The translations under genes and the position numbers were made by a program. The notes beneath the pieces are model-generated. The model saw only the letters and a list, made by a program, of their open reading frames with translations. It made no database searches and was not told where the DNA came from. A stretch of DNA of 64,000 nt from Dendrobates tinctorius (taxonomy: Eukaryota): positions 1,798,001-1,862,000 of the forward strand of contig NW_027362017.1 of assembly GCF_039654945.1 (NCBI RefSeq). The letters are read 5' to 3'. Every line of letters starts with the position of its first letter. The stretch's first letter is position 1. This document shows, piece after piece, positions 62,045-64,000 of this stretch.

Positions 62045-63200
62045 TGGGTCGCCCTCCCAGGGCTGTGGGGTACTTGGTACTGGGCCGGTCTCTCAGATGG
62101 GAATGTCACAGCAGCGGTGACCCGGTCCGTGGCCCTTGGCGCCCAAGTAAAAGGGAGATTGAATGGTGAAATGTAGTGGAAATGAATAGATCATGATGCC
62201 ACCTGTGGTGTTCGGCAAGGGAGGTGTTAAGCCGACGCTGCATGCAGATCCTCTGGGACTGATGGTATGGCGCAGCAAAGATGTTATAGCTCCCCACAGG
62301 TAGAGTTGTAGTCCCAGGGCAGTGTAGATGTAGAGGCCAAGGGAAGGCGTAGGTGAGGCAATGTCGAGCACCAAGATGTAGCAGTGCCGGGTGTGTTGGC
62401 GCAGGAATAAGTGGAGGACACCAGAGCATGCAGTTCCAAAGCTTTACTCACAGTCTGTTGTGCAAACAGGTGCCTGCCTCCATGCCATGTCCTCCGGGTC
62501 AGGGACTCAGTCAACCTCCAGGCCAGATGGAATACGCCTTTCCAACACCCCGCCAATATGTGCCTTTCTGAACGTCTCCTCTATAGCGCCTTTAGATGAA
62601 GTACTCCTAGTACTGAGTTACACTAGAGTTCCTCCTGTCTGACATTCCTATGAACTCTACTTGTATGGCAGACAGCTGTAGCCTGCTTCGGGGACTCCTT
62701 GCCACTAAGTCCCAGCTCACTATCCAGTTGCTGTTGTGCCCCCAAGTCTTGTGTGGGAATAAAGTGGTCACTACTTCTATTCCTCCGGTGTCTGCTGCAG
62801 GACCATTAGTATCCATACAACCTTGGGGACTGGGCCCGGCCTTGCGCTTAGAACTTCTAGGAAGGGTTCTCCTCTAACCCACGTCCTCTGTTCTCTTTTA
62901 CTCCTCACGTTCCGTACTAATCCTTTCTTTCTATGGAGAATCAGGCTTTCAGTCTATGTTGCTCTCTCTCTTCCTTTCCCGTCCCAGCAGACCCAGGTCA
63001 CTGGGATCTGCTGCAGCACTTCCATCCATCTATCCCTCCCTCCGGGGATCTTCTTCTCTCCAGCTCTCTAATCAACTGACCTCTAATCCTAAACTCTTCC
63101 CGCTCCTTGTAATGTAAACTAACTCCACCCACCTCCCAGCACGTTTCGTGTTCCATGCAGGGAGCCACCAATGGGTGCTTTGCTACACTGCAAATTAAAG
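62045..63200 (-). mobile_element. Third antisense LTR of the same family, cut off by CR1
   Basis: Starts TGGGTCGCCC at 62045; colinear with 56250-57455. Confidence 0.88.
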
Positions 63201-63201
63201 T

Positions 63202-64000
63202 CTTGCTGACATCTTTATCTTTCAAAAGGTAGGGGAGAAAACAAGGGGAACTGCTACCTTGGATCTAATCCTTATAAACAGGGAGGAAATGGTTGAGGAG
63301 GTAAAAGTGGCTTGGACCCTAGGAGGTAGCGACCATGCTATTTTAGAATTTTGGATAACTAGAGGCGGAAGACCTGTGAAGACTCAGACGTCAACGTTAG
63401 ATTTCAGAAAGGCAGATTTTAAGGGATTCAGAAAGAGAATTGGAGGGATCCAATGGCTGGATATCCTTAAAGACAAAAATGTCCAGGAAGGATGGGAAAT
63501 CTTGAAAAATGAAATTCTCAAAGCACAGTTGTTAACAATTCCGAAAAGAGGGAAGAATAGGAAGCATTTAAGGAAACCAGGATGGATGAACACAGAACTT
63601 AAGCACATGCTAAAAAGGAAGAAAAAAATGTTTATAAAATGGAAAGAGGGAGGCATATCTAAAGAAGAATATAATGCTGTCTGCAGAACCTGCAGGGCAC
63701 AAATCAGATTAGCTAAAGCTGAAAATGAATTGAGGCTTGCAAGAGATGTCAAAAGCAATAATAAAGGATTTTGGGGATATGTCAAAAGTAAAAGAAAAGT
63801 CAAAGATGCTATAGGATTTTTACAGGATGAAAATGATGAAATGGTAAGACAGGATGTTGAGAAGAATGAACTTTTAAATTCCTATTTTGCATCTGTTTTC
63901 TCTCAGAAAGGAAATGTAACATCAACTGTTATTCACTGTCCTATTAAGGGAATAGAAGAATCCAGGATATCTATAAACAGAAAGATAGTGAGGAAACACT
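63202..64000 (+). mobile_element. CR1 LINE, 5'-truncated; ORF2 frame open to the window end
   Basis: LADIFIFQKVGEKTRGTATLDLIL...LGGSDHAILEF...LDFRKADF...KPGWMN...LNSYFASVF (endonuclease C-terminus and linker); no stop in about 266 codons. Confidence 0.95.

Noticed and set aside
63384-63803. 139-aa minus-strand ORF
   Set aside because: Antisense shadow of CR1 ORF2.

Overview
This is eukaryotic, repeat-dense vertebrate DNA. The transposon repertoire points to an anuran (frog) genome; that is inference. One host gene is complete: a six-exon phospholipid phosphatase of the PLPP3 type, probably the ppap2d paralogue (+ strand, CDS 5408-20463, 307 aa, GT-AG introns, all three PAP2 catalytic motifs). 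Almost everything else is mobile or tandem-repeat DNA. DNA transposons: a young Tc1 (ZB/Tzf-like) with 207-bp TIRs and an open DD34E transposase in intron 5, a decayed Passport-like Tc1, and hAT/Harbinger MITEs. LTR elements: a full-length but disabled chromovirus with TSD (23071-28435), an internally deleted second chromovirus, solo LTRs, a Gmr1-like remnant, and a nest of tRNA-Ser-primed Gypsy elements (50.4-63.2 kb). LINEs: Tx1-like relics and a CR1 running off the end. Many minisatellites generate the long spurious ORFs. The most interesting signals are RNA-level. (1) Two different chromovirus families show covarying complementarity between the predicted transcript 5' end and the PBS, i.e. 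tRNA-independent Tf1/sushi-type self-priming. (2) There is a PEG10-type GGGAAAC frameshift site with a pseudoknot, and a separate UUUAAAC frameshift site with a pseudoknot. (3) One Gypsy family carries a second LTR-end/tRNA-Ser PBS unit inside its own LTR. I found no convincing wholly new system; these are mostly new instances of known mechanisms.
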